Below are positions 1-16,559 of a stretch of DNA of 64,000 nt, piece after piece; position 1 is the stretch's first letter; each line of letters starts with the position of its first letter. Position numbers and translations under genes: made by a program. The notes under the pieces are model-generated. The model did not search any database. It saw only the letters and a list, made by a program, of their open reading frames with translations, and was not told the origin of the DNA. Source of the DNA: Octopus sinensis (taxonomy: Eukaryota); contig NW_021832391.1 in NCBI RefSeq assembly GCF_006345805.1, forward strand, positions 1 to 64,000, written 5' to 3'.

Positions 1-500
1 TCAGCTACTGGGAAAGACTGAAGGTATTAAACCTCTTCTCCCTAGAGCAGAGGTGGGAGAAATATGCGGTGATATACATCTGGAAAATCCTGGAGGGTCT
101 TGTCCCAAACTTTGGCATTCAAAGTTACCCCAACCTTAGAACGGGGCGCCACTGCATGGTCCCAAGGATTCCAACATCACCACCAAAATACAGGTCCAGA
201 TACTGCAACAGCTTGGGTTTCAGAGGACCACAGCTCTTTAACATCCTCCCTAAATGCCTGAGAGACTTACATGGTGTGGATGTGGGTTTCTTTAAAACTA
301 AACTGGATCTCTTCTTGTTGGGAGTCCCAGATGAACCTACCTCATGACAGGAAATGCGGATGCAGGCGGCAGCATCGAACTCCCTTGTTGATCAAGTGCC
401 ACGTATCAGAGGTGGATTCACAAATTAGTGTAGCTCATTCAGCGGTGGTGCCCCAGCATGGCTGTGGCCTTCGGGCTAAAACATTTTTAAGGATTTTTAA
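1..500 (+). mobile_element. 3' end of a CR1/Jockey-group LINE (family B), RT C-terminus plus 3' UTR
   Basis: ORF 69-347 (YIWKILEGLVPNFGI...LGFRGPQLFNILP...KLDLFLLGVPDEP) is clearly homologous to ORF 25187-25723; the tail GGTGCCCCAGCATGG matches the other family-B ends. Confidence 0.85.
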
Positions 501-642
501 GGATATATATATATATATATATATGTAGATATATATATATATGTATATATATATAGATATATATATGTATATATATATAGATAGATATATATATGTATAT
601 ATATATAGATATATATATGTATATATAGATATATATATGTAT

Positions 643-998
643 ACTCTTTTACTCTTTTACTTGTTTCAGTCATTTGACTGCGGCCATGCTGGAGCACCGC
701 CTTTTAGTACTTATTCTATCGGTCTCTTTTGCCGAACCGCTAAGTAACGGGGACATAAGCACACCAGCATCGGTTGTCAAGCAATGCTAGGGACAAACAC
801 AAACACACACATACATACATATATATATATATATATACGACAGGCTTCTTTCAGTTTCCGTCTACCAAATCCACTCACAAGGATTTGGTCGGCCCGGGGC
901 TACAGTAGAAGACACTTGCCCAGATGCCACGCAGTGGACTGAACCCGGAACCATGTGGCAGGTAGACAAGCTACTTACCACACAGCCACTCCTGCGCC

Positions 999-999
<1 letters not shown>
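643..999 (-). mobile_element. Near full-length tRNA-derived CORE-type SINE (octopus OR-like family)
   Basis: Minus strand: A-box-like TGGCTGTGTGG, B-box-like GGTTCAGTCC, CORE-like CTGGGCAAGTGTCTTCTACT, internal TA/TG microsatellite, 3' tail GGCGGTGCTCCAGCATGGCCGCAGTCAAATGACTGAAACAAGTAAAAGAGT. Confidence 0.85.
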
Positions 1000-1032
<33 letters not shown>

Positions 1033-1092
1033 TGTTATATATATATGTAAATATATATATGTAGATATATATATGTAGATATATATATATGT

Positions 1093-1148
<56 letters not shown>

Positions 1149-2459
1149 TTGGAAGCAATGCATGGTACCAGAATTCATGACAATTCAATATAACAAACTA
1201 TATGTGTGTGTGTGAATGTATTTAAGTACAGATGTATGTATGTGTTCATATATGTATGTATGAGATACATACATATATATGATGTCATGTCCGCAGCTGT
1301 CCTCTTGGCTGAAGACATATATGTGTATGTATTTTCTGAATGGTATGCCACTTTTGGAGAATTCTTGATTCTTAAGAATACTGCCTTTTGTATTCTCTTT
1401 AAATTTTGGTTCCAATGGCCATCAGGCAATTGGTTTTCACTCTCTTCGAGTGGAAGTGATTTCAGTAGATCAAGAATTTATCCTGCATGTATTTGATATA
1501 CTATCATTCATTCTTGTTGTTACAAAAAGAAAAAGAAACCGCTTTGAGTTAATCCTCATGGCTCATCTTGACTGTATGTGTGTATATGTACGTGTGTGTA
1601 TAAGTGTGTGTGTGTGTGTGTGTCTTAGTGTTTTTGTATTGTGCAATAGATGCAAATGAATGTCGATGTCATGTTATTAGTGTCCTTCATTTTTCCAATC
1701 TTCCATAGAACATGTCTGGCTAGAAAGAAATATTATCTTACTTGGAAACGGTTGGGTTGGCATCAGGAAGGGCATTCAGCCTTAGAAAAGCTGCCTCCGC
1801 AATGTCTTTCTGACCCATGCAAACATAGAAAAGTAGGCGTTAAGAATGATGATGATTATAATGTGCAGGTGTGTATGTGCACATGCACACACATATCCCC
1901 CTCACCACATCCATTGCCATTTAAGTTTTATATATGACGAATTGCCAGTATTTAGAAGTTTTTGTGTATTGAAATTATATCATTTGTTATGAATCTTGGG
2001 TCTGAGTGTTACATAGTAGAAAACAAAAGTTGAGATATTGTTAAGATATTTAGTTTACATCATCTTACGTACATTTTATTAACTTAAAGTAGTTATTAGT
2101 TACATAATCAAGATTTATTATCAAATCATCAGAGATATGTAATATCTTGGAGGTGATTCATGATTGTTCCTAAAGTGCTATGAAAGACATTATATAGATG
2201 TCAGTTTGGGGAAATCAACAAAGCAAAGTATAAGGTGGTGTTGGTGGACAGACAGGAGAAAAAAGTTTTCTGCACACATGGGAAAGAAAAAAGATTGAGG
2301 ACTTTAAATATTTCTAGCAGGTTTAAAAAAAAGAAATTAATTTACTCATTGAAGCAAGTCTATGATTTCTTGTAAAAAAAATTCCCAAATCTTTCTATTT
2401 CTATCATAATAGCTCCAGTTAAATGTATTATCAAAACTTAGTTAATTAGCTAGAAATAT

Positions 2460-2790
2460 TGCTGGTGGCATGTGAAAAGCAACATTTGAGCGTGGTCATT
2501 GCCAGTGCTGCTGGACTGGCTCCCGTGCAGTTAGTATGTAAAAAACACCTTTTGTATGTAGTCGTTGTCAGAACCGTGTGACTGGCCCTCATGCTGATGA
2601 CATGTAAAAGCACCCACTACACTCTTGGAGTGATTGGTGTTAGGGAGGGCATCCAGTTGTAGAAACTTTGCCAGATCAGATTGAGCCTGGTGCAGCCTTC
2701 AGGTTTTGCCAGTCCTCAGTCAAACCATCCAGCCCATGCCAGCATGGCAAGCGGACGTTAAATGACAACGACGATGATGATGATGGTTTC
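2460..2790 (+). mobile_element. Short non-autonomous element sharing the RTE 3' tail
   Basis: 2600-2785 aligns by eye with the RTE tail 19720-19897 (CACCCACTACACTC...GGGCATCCAG...GCATGG.AAGCGGACGTTAAA followed by (GAT)n). Confidence 0.7.
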
Positions 2791-3539
2791 ATCCATGAAA
2801 TAGAAGCATATACTATATTAACGCACCAATTTCTGGTATGTATATAACTAAATAGTAGGATTTTGCCCATGAATTGTAAGTGTTTATTATGCCAACAATA
2901 ATAATGTGCATGTATGAATGTGTGCTTGTGGGCATGTTTCTATCTATATGGGTATTTATACAGGTTTGGAAAAGACTGCATTATATACATATGTCAATTA
3001 AGTCTTGATCTTTGTCTATGTGGTAACATAGATATATGAGTAGGTATTTATGTATACACATAGATATGCGCACATACACACACACACATGAATATATTTA
3101 TATAGAGAGGTATAAAATGCTTTTAGTACTGTACAGAATAATATATTAGTGATGATATAGGGTTTGTCATGGATTAACTTCAAATGTATGCATGTGTATA
3201 CATGTGTGTATATACACATATGACTGATGTTGTTTGTATGCTTGGGTGTGTAAGTTTGCACACATGCATATTTGTATAGATCAGAAATGCTGCAGGTGAG
3301 TCATACAGGATCTAACATCTATATGTGCATAGCTGTATGTGAGCACATATATGGAGTCTATGTGGGTATATATATATGTGAATGTGTGTGTGTGTGTGTA
3401 TATATGTATATGTATGTATGTAATATATATATATATATATGTATGTGTGTATATATATGTATATATGTGTGTATATATATATGTATATATGTGTGTATAT
3501 ATATATGTATATATGTGTGTATATATATGTATGTATATA

Positions 3540-3594
<55 letters not shown>

Positions 3595-4500
3595 TCACAC
3601 ACATACACAATCACACGTTTATATTTGCTGATGTAAACATATGTATGATATGCAGCTGACTAAACAACATGTATCCTTTGCTAAATTTTATGGCTTTCTT
3701 AACTTAATGAGCAACAAGGAAAAACAACTGATTAGAAGAAACAATAACATGATTAATGGGAAAATGTCCTGACATGTCTATTATTATAGACAATCTCTCA
3801 TAATATTATTCCTTCTGTCTACCTTCCATTTGATACCTAATACAAAGTACTTCCCCTGAAATGGGGAATTCTGTCATTTTCTGTCCAATAATGTTACATA
3901 TAAAAGTTACATCTCTCTGATGATTGGACAATAAGTCTTGAATATGAAACTAATAATCATCTTATGTTAATGACATGTAATCTAGTGTAACTAAATCTTA
4001 TAAGTGATCTCCCTTGTTTTGATTTGTATGACACACACGTTCATATGATGACTACAACGCAATTTTGAGTAAGGCTTCATTGTTCTCTTAAAGCAGCACA
4101 GATGTGGCTTTTCATGCCTTCTAAGGACCTAGAGTCTTTTGTGAAAATATAGCAATGATGGGCACCTCTTGGTGCAGGTGTTCAGGGAGCACAGAGAGCA
4201 TAACATATGCTGAAACATTCCATCATGAAATTCTTCATTGAGTGTTTTGCCTTTCTCAGTTACAACTATACACAGTATGCAATACTTTATAGAGATGAAA
4301 CGATATCCTTGCCTGAAGTTTTCTAAATTAACGAAAAGCCTTGCACAGGACCATTCCAACTCTCTCAACACTTTATGCATTTGCCTGTGTGTGTGTGTAC
4401 ACATGTATATGTTTATATTTGCTGACGTAAACGTATGTATGGTATGCAGCTGACTAAACAACATGTACCCTTTGCTAAATTTTATGACTTAAGAAACAAT
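3595..4500 (+). repeat. Two diverged ~110-bp direct repeats (about 3595-3720 and 4385-4500)
   Basis: Shared GTTTATATTTGCTGA.GTAAAC.TATGTATG.TATGCAGCTGACTAAACAACATGTA.CCTTTGCTAAATTTTATG. Confidence 0.8.
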
Positions 4501-4630
4501 GAGCTGTGACATTTATGTATATATTTTCGTGTGTGTGTGTGTTTCTTGGAAAATTTAGATGTATGATAGCTTCTGAAATGTACTATATATATATATGTAG
4601 TATATTTATTGTGTATATATATATATATGT

Positions 4631-4667
<37 letters not shown>

Positions 4668-4799
4668 ATATATATATATATATATGTTGTATATATATAT
4701 ATATATGTTGTATATATATAGATATATATATATGTTGTATATATAGATATATATATATATGTTGTATATATATTGTGTATATATATATATGTTGTATAT

Positions 4800-5170
4800 A
4801 TCTCTATATATATATAAAACTGAGAATGTGTGTCTGTCTGTGTGTTTCCCCTAAAACTTGAGAACTACACAACCAATTTCATTCAAATTTTACACATGCC
4901 TTGCTTAGGGTCCGGGGAGTGTCATCAGAAAAAAGCCCACAGCAATATCATATCTTCTCCACTATGATTCCCTAAAACTTGAGAACTACAAAACTAATTT
5001 CATTCAAATTTTACACATGCCTTACTTAGGGTCCATGTAGTTTCATGGGCAAAAAAATGTTCAACTTCTTGCCTAGGGCGAGCCCATAGCAATATCATAT
5101 CTTCTCCACTATTTCAGTATTACATGTTAAAAGTGAAACAAAAACATTTCTCTATTTTATGTCAGATATT
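4800..5170 (+). mobile_element. 5' part of a non-autonomous Helitron-like element
   Basis: Begins ATCTCTATATATATATAAAACTGAGAATGTGTGTCTGTC, similar to the reverse complement of the 52110-52145 terminus; internal ~120-bp duplication (CCCTAAAACTTGAGAACTACA...CTTAGGGTCC). Confidence 0.55.
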
Positions 5171-5339
5171 TTCACTTTAACAATACAAATTAGAGATAAT
5201 AATAACAATTGAATTATATGTAGTAAGTAATAATTAAAATCAAACTGAAGTATAATATAATAATTAAATCGTAACATAACAATTAACACCACCAAATGAA
5301 ATAAAAAATTAAATTAAAGAAAAGACTATTGTCTATAAA

Positions 5340-5690
5340 GTATATAATGTAGAGAAAATAAAAGATTTCAACATCTGGAGGAAAGCAGCATCGAAAAGTG
5401 TCTTTGTGCGTCTATGAACGATGCGGTAAATTCGCCACAATAGAAGCAAGGTTCAAGTCAACGGAGCGTGCAAGGAAGTACTCGACTCAAACCTTGCAAA
5501 GTGGAAATATTTTATTTTTACCTTTACATCTGGGACATAGGACGTCCCGGATAAAAATTAAAAATGTCCCTCCAGAAGTAGAGGTAGGCTGGATTGTAGC
5601 CTCACTTCTATACAAGAGGGAGGACAAGATACAATTGATCGAAATTGCAAAAGACAGGCCTACAGTCTGTTGTATATTTTGAGTATTGTT
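5340..5690 (+). pseudogene. Possible retrotransposon ORF1/gag-like (RRM-type) fragment
   Basis: ORF 5398-5682 contains [24 protein letters not shown], reminiscent of LINE ORF1 RRM segments; family not assignable. Confidence 0.35.
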
Positions 5691-5853
5691 ATCACTAGCG
5701 ATATCAAGATATAACTTTGTATTTTGTATTTTATGTGTAGATGTATATATATAGATGTACATGTAATATGTACACACATATATATATATATATGTTGTAT
5801 ATATATACATATATATATATATGTTGTATATATATACATATATATATATGTTG

Positions 5854-5884
<31 letters not shown>

Positions 5885-5899
5885 GTGTATATATATATA

Positions 5900-5946
<47 letters not shown>

Positions 5947-6054
5947 ATATATATACATGTATATATATATACATATATATATACATGTATATATATATAC
6001 ATATATATATACATATATATATATACATATATATATATACATATATATATATAC

Positions 6055-6107
<53 letters not shown>

Positions 6108-6228
6108 CCTCCAGCCAAAAACTGCTCCCTAAGCAGGAAAATTCTTTTTTAGCCATGTTGAACATGGCAAAAGAGATACACAAAAACATTCTAGCCATCA
6201 CTCAACACCATCCTATGCTATTACCCCA

Positions 6229-7232
6229 GTGCACCAATTCCCCACATTGCTGCCACTAACACACACAAAAAATCCAAGCCCCCTGCAACAGTCAAAACCA
6301 GCCACTACACTAACCTCCACATTCCTACTCAATGCACAAGGTGTCAGCCCTTCCATCAATGCACAAAAATGGAAGGTCCAATTCATTGAAGACTGGGTTG
6401 GTAACCATTCACACCACATCCCTTTCTTCATTCTCACTGAGACCCACCTTGACAACTCCCACTTGGAAGCCGAAGTGAGAGTGAAGAATTTCACAACCAT
6501 CCGCGCGGATCGTATCGGCATGAGGAAGGGTGGAACTGCCATTTTCCTGCATGATTCATTTACGGCAGATGGAAATAGTATATTCTCCAACGGCTACTGT
6601 GAATCAGTCACCGTGCACAACAAAGCCAATGACCTGACAGTAATTGGGCTCTATAGGCCGCCCCAAACCCCATACTGTGCTTTAAAGAATGCCTCAACAG
6701 CATTAAGTGCTTTATTCAACAGTGCCATTCTAGCAACATACTCATGATGGGAGACTTCAATCTACCCTGTGTTGACTGGACTACAAACTGTTTGAAACCA
6801 AGCACTCCCGCCTCAACCGCTGACAAAGAAGCAGCAGAGTCACTTTTCGACTTTACGAATGAGTTTTTCTTGTCCCAACTTGTCCTTGCACCAAGACATC
6901 AGCACATTTTGGACCTAGTGTTTAGTAACCACACTAACACTATACATAACGTTACAGTGGAAAAAACCCTTCTTTCAGACCATGACATGGTTCTCTGTAA
7001 CATGAAATTCCACCAGCCGAAAGCTAATCCTAGTGACCTTCCTCCAGCCCACCCATTTGACAACATGGATCTCCATAATGCCAACTGGGATGCAATCAGG
7101 AACGAGCTATCACATGTTGACTGGTCCTTTACACATACACGCATCTCCACCAACCATAAAACATCTTGGCAGATCTTTGTAGACACACCGTCACAGACAT
7201 ATGTGCAAAACACTCCCCACCAAGACCTGTGA
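6229..7232 (+). pseudogene. APE endonuclease domain of LINE ORF2, frameshifted near 6745
   Basis: LLNAQG, ILTETHL, GGTAIF, GLYRPP, MGDFNLP, ILDLVFSN, LSDHDMV motifs. Confidence 0.9.
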
Positions 7233-9120
7233 ACAAAAAGTGCAGAATCCCCCAAAACAGAAAAACCATTATCAGAAAAATAAAAAGAACAAACAAAAAA
7301 ATTAACAAACTAAAGTACTGCCAACAGCAACACACACATTCGACGGCTATCGCACTGCTTGAATCCAAAAAATATAACCTCCAACAATGCATGAAGACCC
7401 TCATCAATAACCAAAGATCAGCTGAGGAGAAGTGGGCCATTGAAAAAATCAAACTCAACCCCAAAGTGTTCTTTTCATTTGCGAGGAAACGCAGGGTCAC
7501 TGTCTCCACTGTTGGCCCTCTAATTGATGAAACTGGCACTCTCCAAGATAATGCCAAATCCATGGCCGAGATACTGCAGAAACAATACTGCTCTGTTTTC
7601 AGCAATCCTGATATGGCCGATCTGGGCTGTATCAGTGATGTCAACCCCCAACACACTATATCGGACATAACGTTTAGTGCCCCTGATGTCTTAGCGGCGA
7701 TAAACGAAATAAAACACAATTCAGCAGTAGGCCCCGATAGGTTCCCTGCTTGTGTCCTGAAGGTGTGTCGACACCAACTTGCATCTCCCCTTGCTAATCT
7801 GTGGAGAAACTCACTGGATGCTGGCTATATTCCAAAAAACCTTCTGTCCCAGTCTGTTGTCCCAGTTTTCAAAAAGGGAAACAAGTCCCTTGCAGTGAAT
7901 TACCGTCCGATCTCACTCACCTCTCATATCATCAAGGTATTTGAGAGGGTGGTGAGATCTCGAATAACCCAATTTCTGGAAAGCAACAGACGGCTGATCT
8001 CCAACCAACATGGGTTCCGTAATGGAAGGGACTGCCTAACGCAGCTCCTGCATCACTTTGAGGACATTTTGAGAGCTTTGGGAGAGGGCTCCAACACCGA
8101 TGTCATCTACCTTGATTTCAGTAAGGCCTTCGACAGGGTCGATCACAAGATCCTATTGAAAAAACTATCCAACATTGGTGTCTCTGGAAAGTTACTGAAA
8201 TGGATCAAGTGTTTCCTGACAGACAGATCTCAACATGTTGTAGTTGAAGGGGTAAAATCAAGCCCAGCCAAAGTCAGTAGTGGCGTTCCGCAAGGCACTG
8301 TGCTGGGCCCACTTCTTTTCATCATTTACATTAATGACATTAATGACATCATCAAGCACAGCAACATAAAAATTTTTGCAGATGACTCCAAGCTACAGAA
8401 GGTCATAAATGAGGCGACTGACCGGACATGCCTTCAGTCAGATCTACTAGCTGTTATCCAATGGGCAGAAAAAAACAATATGCTGCTGAACGAGGATAAA
8501 TTTGAGCTAATCCACTTTGGAAAAGAGGATGCCCTGAAACTCCCATACTCCCTTCCTTCAGGTGAAACTCTCGCGGCGTCCAACAACATCAGAGACTTGG
8601 GAGTAATTGTGGACAACAACATAAGCTGGGCCACTCATATAAACACCAAAGTTGACATGGCCCGCAGAATGTGTTCCGGATTCTCAGAACTTTCCAGTCG
8701 AGAGATATCCACACCATTATCCTTCTCTTCTCCACTTTTGCCCGACCCCACCTTGAATACTGTTGTCCACTGTGGTCTCCCCACAATACAAGGTATCATA
8801 AAAGTTGAAGCACCTCAAAGGGCAATCACAAAAAAATAGATGGCATGACAGGCCTCGACTATTGGGGTCGACTAGAAAAGCTAAAACTCTTTTCTCTCCA
8901 ATGTCGTCGTGAGCGCTACACATCTCTGCATGATTGGAAAATATTCCATCAGCATTGCCCAAATGATGTTGGCATCACCTTTAAGGTATAACCAAGGCTT
9001 GGGCTCCGTGCCATCCGCCCAAAACAAAAATCGCACTCTCATCTCATAACAACAATACGGCACAATTATTTCACCTCAATTGGCCCCGCTCTCTTTAACA
9101 TTACACCAAAACACATTAAA
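7166..9120 (+). pseudogene. Reverse transcriptase domain of LINE ORF2, frameshifted near 8700-8900
   Basis: NYRPISLTSH, QHGFR, YLDFSKAFDRVDH, GVPQGTVLGPLLF, FADDSK, IRDLGV motifs in ORF 7166-8839. Confidence 0.93.
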
Positions 9121-9421
9121 ACAGAAACTGACCCTATAGGGTTCAAGAAGTCTTTGACAGATTCCTTCAAGAAATCCCGGATAAACCCCCTAGACCCGGA
9201 TATGTCTCTGTAAACAATAACTCTCTACTTGAGTAGGCCATAGTGCCAAATTCTGACTTGAAAGACTTCACCAGGTGGTGCTATTAAGTTAGACATGGCC
9301 TGGGCCAATAATAGCCGAAACCTATCAAAGTATATATATATATATATCTATATATATAATCATATATATATATATAATATACTTATATATATATATACTT
9401 ATATATATAGTATACATATAT

Positions 9422-9453
<32 letters not shown>

Positions 9454-9516
9454 CTTATATATATATATACATATATATATATATACATATACATATATAT
9501 ATATATACATATATAC

Positions 9517-9552
<36 letters not shown>

Positions 9553-9603
9553 ATATACATATATACTATATATACATATATACATATATATTATATATAC
9601 ATA

Positions 9604-9641
<38 letters not shown>

Positions 9642-9646
9642 ATAAT

Positions 9647-9907
9647 AATATTAGGAATAAATCCAATTTACAGGAAAAAATCAGATTTAGGATTAAATCC
9701 AATTTTTATAGTCAAATATTATAAATATTATTAGAGACAAACCCACTAATTTGCAAAACAAACAAGGAAAGACTTAATCAATACATCAAATTTTAATAAT
9801 AGTCAAAAAAACCGCCACTACAATTTTTACTTGTTTTGATCGACAATCTTCAGTGGACTTCCAATTTACAAGTGTCAGTTTCATATATATATATATACAT
9901 ATATTGT

Positions 9908-9965
<58 letters not shown>

Positions 9966-10293
9966 GTATATATTCTATATATGTGTATATATATGTATAT
10001 ATATATATATACATATATATATATAATGTATATATATATATATATATATGTATATGTATATATATTATATATATATATATAATGTATGTATATATATAAT
10101 ATATATATATATATGTATGTAATATATATATACATATATATTGAAACTGACTTGTAAATTGGAAGTCCACCTGAAGATTTTCGATCAAGACAAGTAACCA
10201 TTGTAGTGCGGTTTTTTTTGACTTTTATTAAAATTTTATGTATTGATTAATCTTTCCTTGTTTGTTTGCAAAATAGTGTTTTTGTCTCTAATA

Positions 10294-10300
<7 letters not shown>
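9647..10300. mobile_element. Inverted pair of pLTR-like sequences with decayed hammerhead, separated by (TA)n
   Basis: About 9725-9883 is the reverse complement of about 10143-10300; both arms contain CTGAAGA...A(A/G)ACAA...TTGTAGTG. Confidence 0.7.
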
Positions 10301-13944
<3,644 letters not shown>

Positions 13945-13945
<1 letters not shown>

Positions 13946-14165
13946 TGATTGATTTGATTGATTCTAGTTTCAGCTTATGAGCTGTGGCCATGCTGGGGCA
14001 CCGCCATTTGGTGTTGCTACTTGGTTTCACTTCATGGAGGCTTTCTAGCAACTGCTATTTGGTGCATGAGAGAGTTTGATGCAGCTGCCCTCATCTGCCC
14101 CTCCTGCCGTGAAGTTGGTTCATCTGGGACACCTGACAGGAAGAGATCCAGCTTCATTTTAAATA
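13945..14165 (-). mobile_element. 5'-truncated 3' end of LINE family B
   Basis: Reverse complement of 25620-25790 plus tail GCCCCAGCATGGCCACAGCTCATAAGCTGAAACTAG(AATC)n. Confidence 0.9.
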
Positions 14166-14179
14166 TATATGTTGTATAT

Positions 14180-14245
14180 ACTTTGATACTTTGATAGGTT
14201 TCGGCCATTATTGGCCCAGGCCATGTCTAACTTAATAGCACGACC
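14180..14245 (-). mobile_element. 3' tip of LINE family A
   Basis: Reverse complement matches 9275-9330. Confidence 0.85.
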
Positions 14246-14270
14246 TATTATATATATATAATATATATTT

Positions 14271-14320
<50 letters not shown>

Positions 14321-14325
14321 ATGTT

Positions 14326-14357
<32 letters not shown>

Positions 14358-14384
14358 ATTACATATATATATATATGTTGTATA

Positions 14385-14415
<31 letters not shown>

Positions 14416-14420
14416 GTTTC

Positions 14421-14460
<40 letters not shown>

Positions 14461-14488
14461 ATATAAATATATATTTACATACATATAC

Positions 14489-14529
<41 letters not shown>

Positions 14530-14834
14530 ATATATATATATATATATATATATTATATTGTTGTATATATATTCTATATATATATATATATATGATTATA
14601 TATTATATATATATATATATTATATATATATGTTGTATATATATATATATATATATGTTTGTATATATATATATATATATATGTTGTATATATATATAAT
14701 ATATATTATGTATTATATGTACATATAATATATGTTGTATATACATATATATTATATGTTGTATATATATATATATATATATATGTTGTAATATATCTAT
14801 ATATATATGTTGTATATATATATATATTGTATAT

Positions 14835-14871
<37 letters not shown>

Positions 14872-14889
14872 TGATATATATATGTGTTG

Positions 14890-16045
14890 TAAACGGACAA
14901 AGGTTGCAATCGTCTCAACCACATCTCAAATGTAGCAAAACTTCCCGCCTAAAAACAACACTGAGGGAGATCGAAAAAAGTCTGCAACAATCCTATGTGA
15001 AGGAGAAAGCAGACAAAGAAGCCTAGGTTATAAAAAACATTAAATCAAACCCAAAGGCCTTCTTTCATTACGTGAAAGAAGAGTCTCAGTGCACTACAAG
15101 ATAGAACCCCTCCTCCAAAAGGATGGCTCCCTCACAGACAGTCCAACTAAGATCAGTGAGATACCGAATGACCAGTTCAAAAGTGTCTTTACCACCCCGT
15201 TGGAACACAGGCAAGTGAACGAACCAGTGGACTTCTTTGCTGCCTCACCTATAACCAGCGAGGCGGTTACAATAGAATGTATTGACATTAGGGAAAAAGA
15301 TGTCCTACTAGCCATAGATGAAGTGGATACAAACTCAACTGCTGGTCCTAATGGTTTCCCAGCCATCCTCCGCAAAGTGTGTAAGCATGCCCTGGCAAAA
15401 CCCCTCAAGATTCTATTCCAGAGCTTTCTTACAAATGGCAAACTGCCAAGCAAGCTGAAGGAGGGAATAATATGCCCAATACATAAAGGGGGAAGTAGAT
15501 CAGATGCCAAAAACTATGGGCCTATCTCTCTGACTTCACACATCAGCAAAGTCATGGAACGTATAGTCAGTAAGAAACTAATCACATTCCTTGAGGAAAA
15601 TAACTTGCTGAGTAATACCCAGCATGGTTTCCGACCAGTAGGAGCTGCCTGACCCAGCTCTTACAACATTATGACTGGGTGTTGAGGCAGTTACTCAACA
15701 AATCAAATGTGGATGTAATATACCTTGATTTTGCAAAAGCTTTTGACAAGGTGGATCATGGTATGATATGCCACAAACTGCATGACCTTGGCATAGCTGG
15801 AAAACTTGGAGTGTGGTTACATGACCTCCTGAAAGATAGGAGTCAGGCAGTAGTGGTTAATGGAGCCACCTCTATGAACACACAAATAGTGAGCGGTGTT
15901 CCACAGGGCACTGTCTTGGGCTCACTGCTTTTTATAGTGGCCCTTTCAGATATGCCCTCGAATGCCCGGATAGCCACTCTGGCAAGCTATGCAGACGATA
16001 CGAAGTCTCGCAGAAAAATACAAAACCCCAGCGATGTTTGCACAC
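14890..16045 (+). pseudogene. CR1/Jockey-group LINE RT fragment
   Basis: NYGPISLTSH, QHGFRP, YLDFAKAFDKVDH, GVPQGTVLG, YADDTK; ends in (TA)n. Confidence 0.9.
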
Positions 16046-16079
16046 ATATATATATATATATAATAATATATAAATAAAA

Positions 16080-16111
<32 letters not shown>

Positions 16112-16141
16112 ATCAAAATAAAACATGATGCAAAGGATTTA

Positions 16142-16228
16142 GCGGTACATATGTTTCGGGCCTTTATTAGACGCTTTATAACAATGCATAATTGATGTAA
16201 ATGTGTGACTATAGCCTTCTTCAGCCGC
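16142..16228 (-). ncRNA. Type I minimal hammerhead ribozyme candidate
   Basis: GCGG-CUGAAGA-A-GGCU...GGCC-C-GAAACAUAUGU-A-CCGC: stem I 4 bp, palindromic stem III ACAUAUGU, GUA triplet. Confidence 0.7.
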
Positions 16229-16345
16229 GTACAATTACTACTTCAAGGACATGTATTACGTTATAAGTTTTACGTTGGGGATGCGAACCCTCATAGTCAC
16301 GTACAACTATATATATATATATGGTGATATATATATCTATATATA

Positions 16346-16380
<35 letters not shown>

Positions 16381-16424
16381 GTGTTGTGTGTGTATATATA
16401 TATTATATATATGTATATATATAA

Positions 16425-16461
<37 letters not shown>

Positions 16462-16559
16462 ATATATATATATATGTGTGTGTGTGTTTTGTGTATATAT
16501 ATATAATAATATATATAAATGTATATATAGAGAAATGGAGTAGGTAAGGTAATTGAGGT

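Larger units (their letters stand above)
6108..9330 (+). mobile_element. CR1/Jockey-group LINE (family A), near-complete ORF2 with frameshifts, flanked by (TA)n on both sides
   Basis: Ordered APE then RT motifs; 3' end GTGCTATTAAGTTAGACATGGCCTGGGCCAATAATAGCCGAAACCTATCAAAGTAT also at 14180-14245 (minus) and about 53765-53830 (minus). Confidence 0.93.

Noticed and set aside
1330-1560. Short open frames near 1400-1500 (e.g. AIGFHSLRVEVISVDQEFILH) as a host exon
   Set aside because: No recognisable family, weak splice signals, and comparable open frames on both strands.
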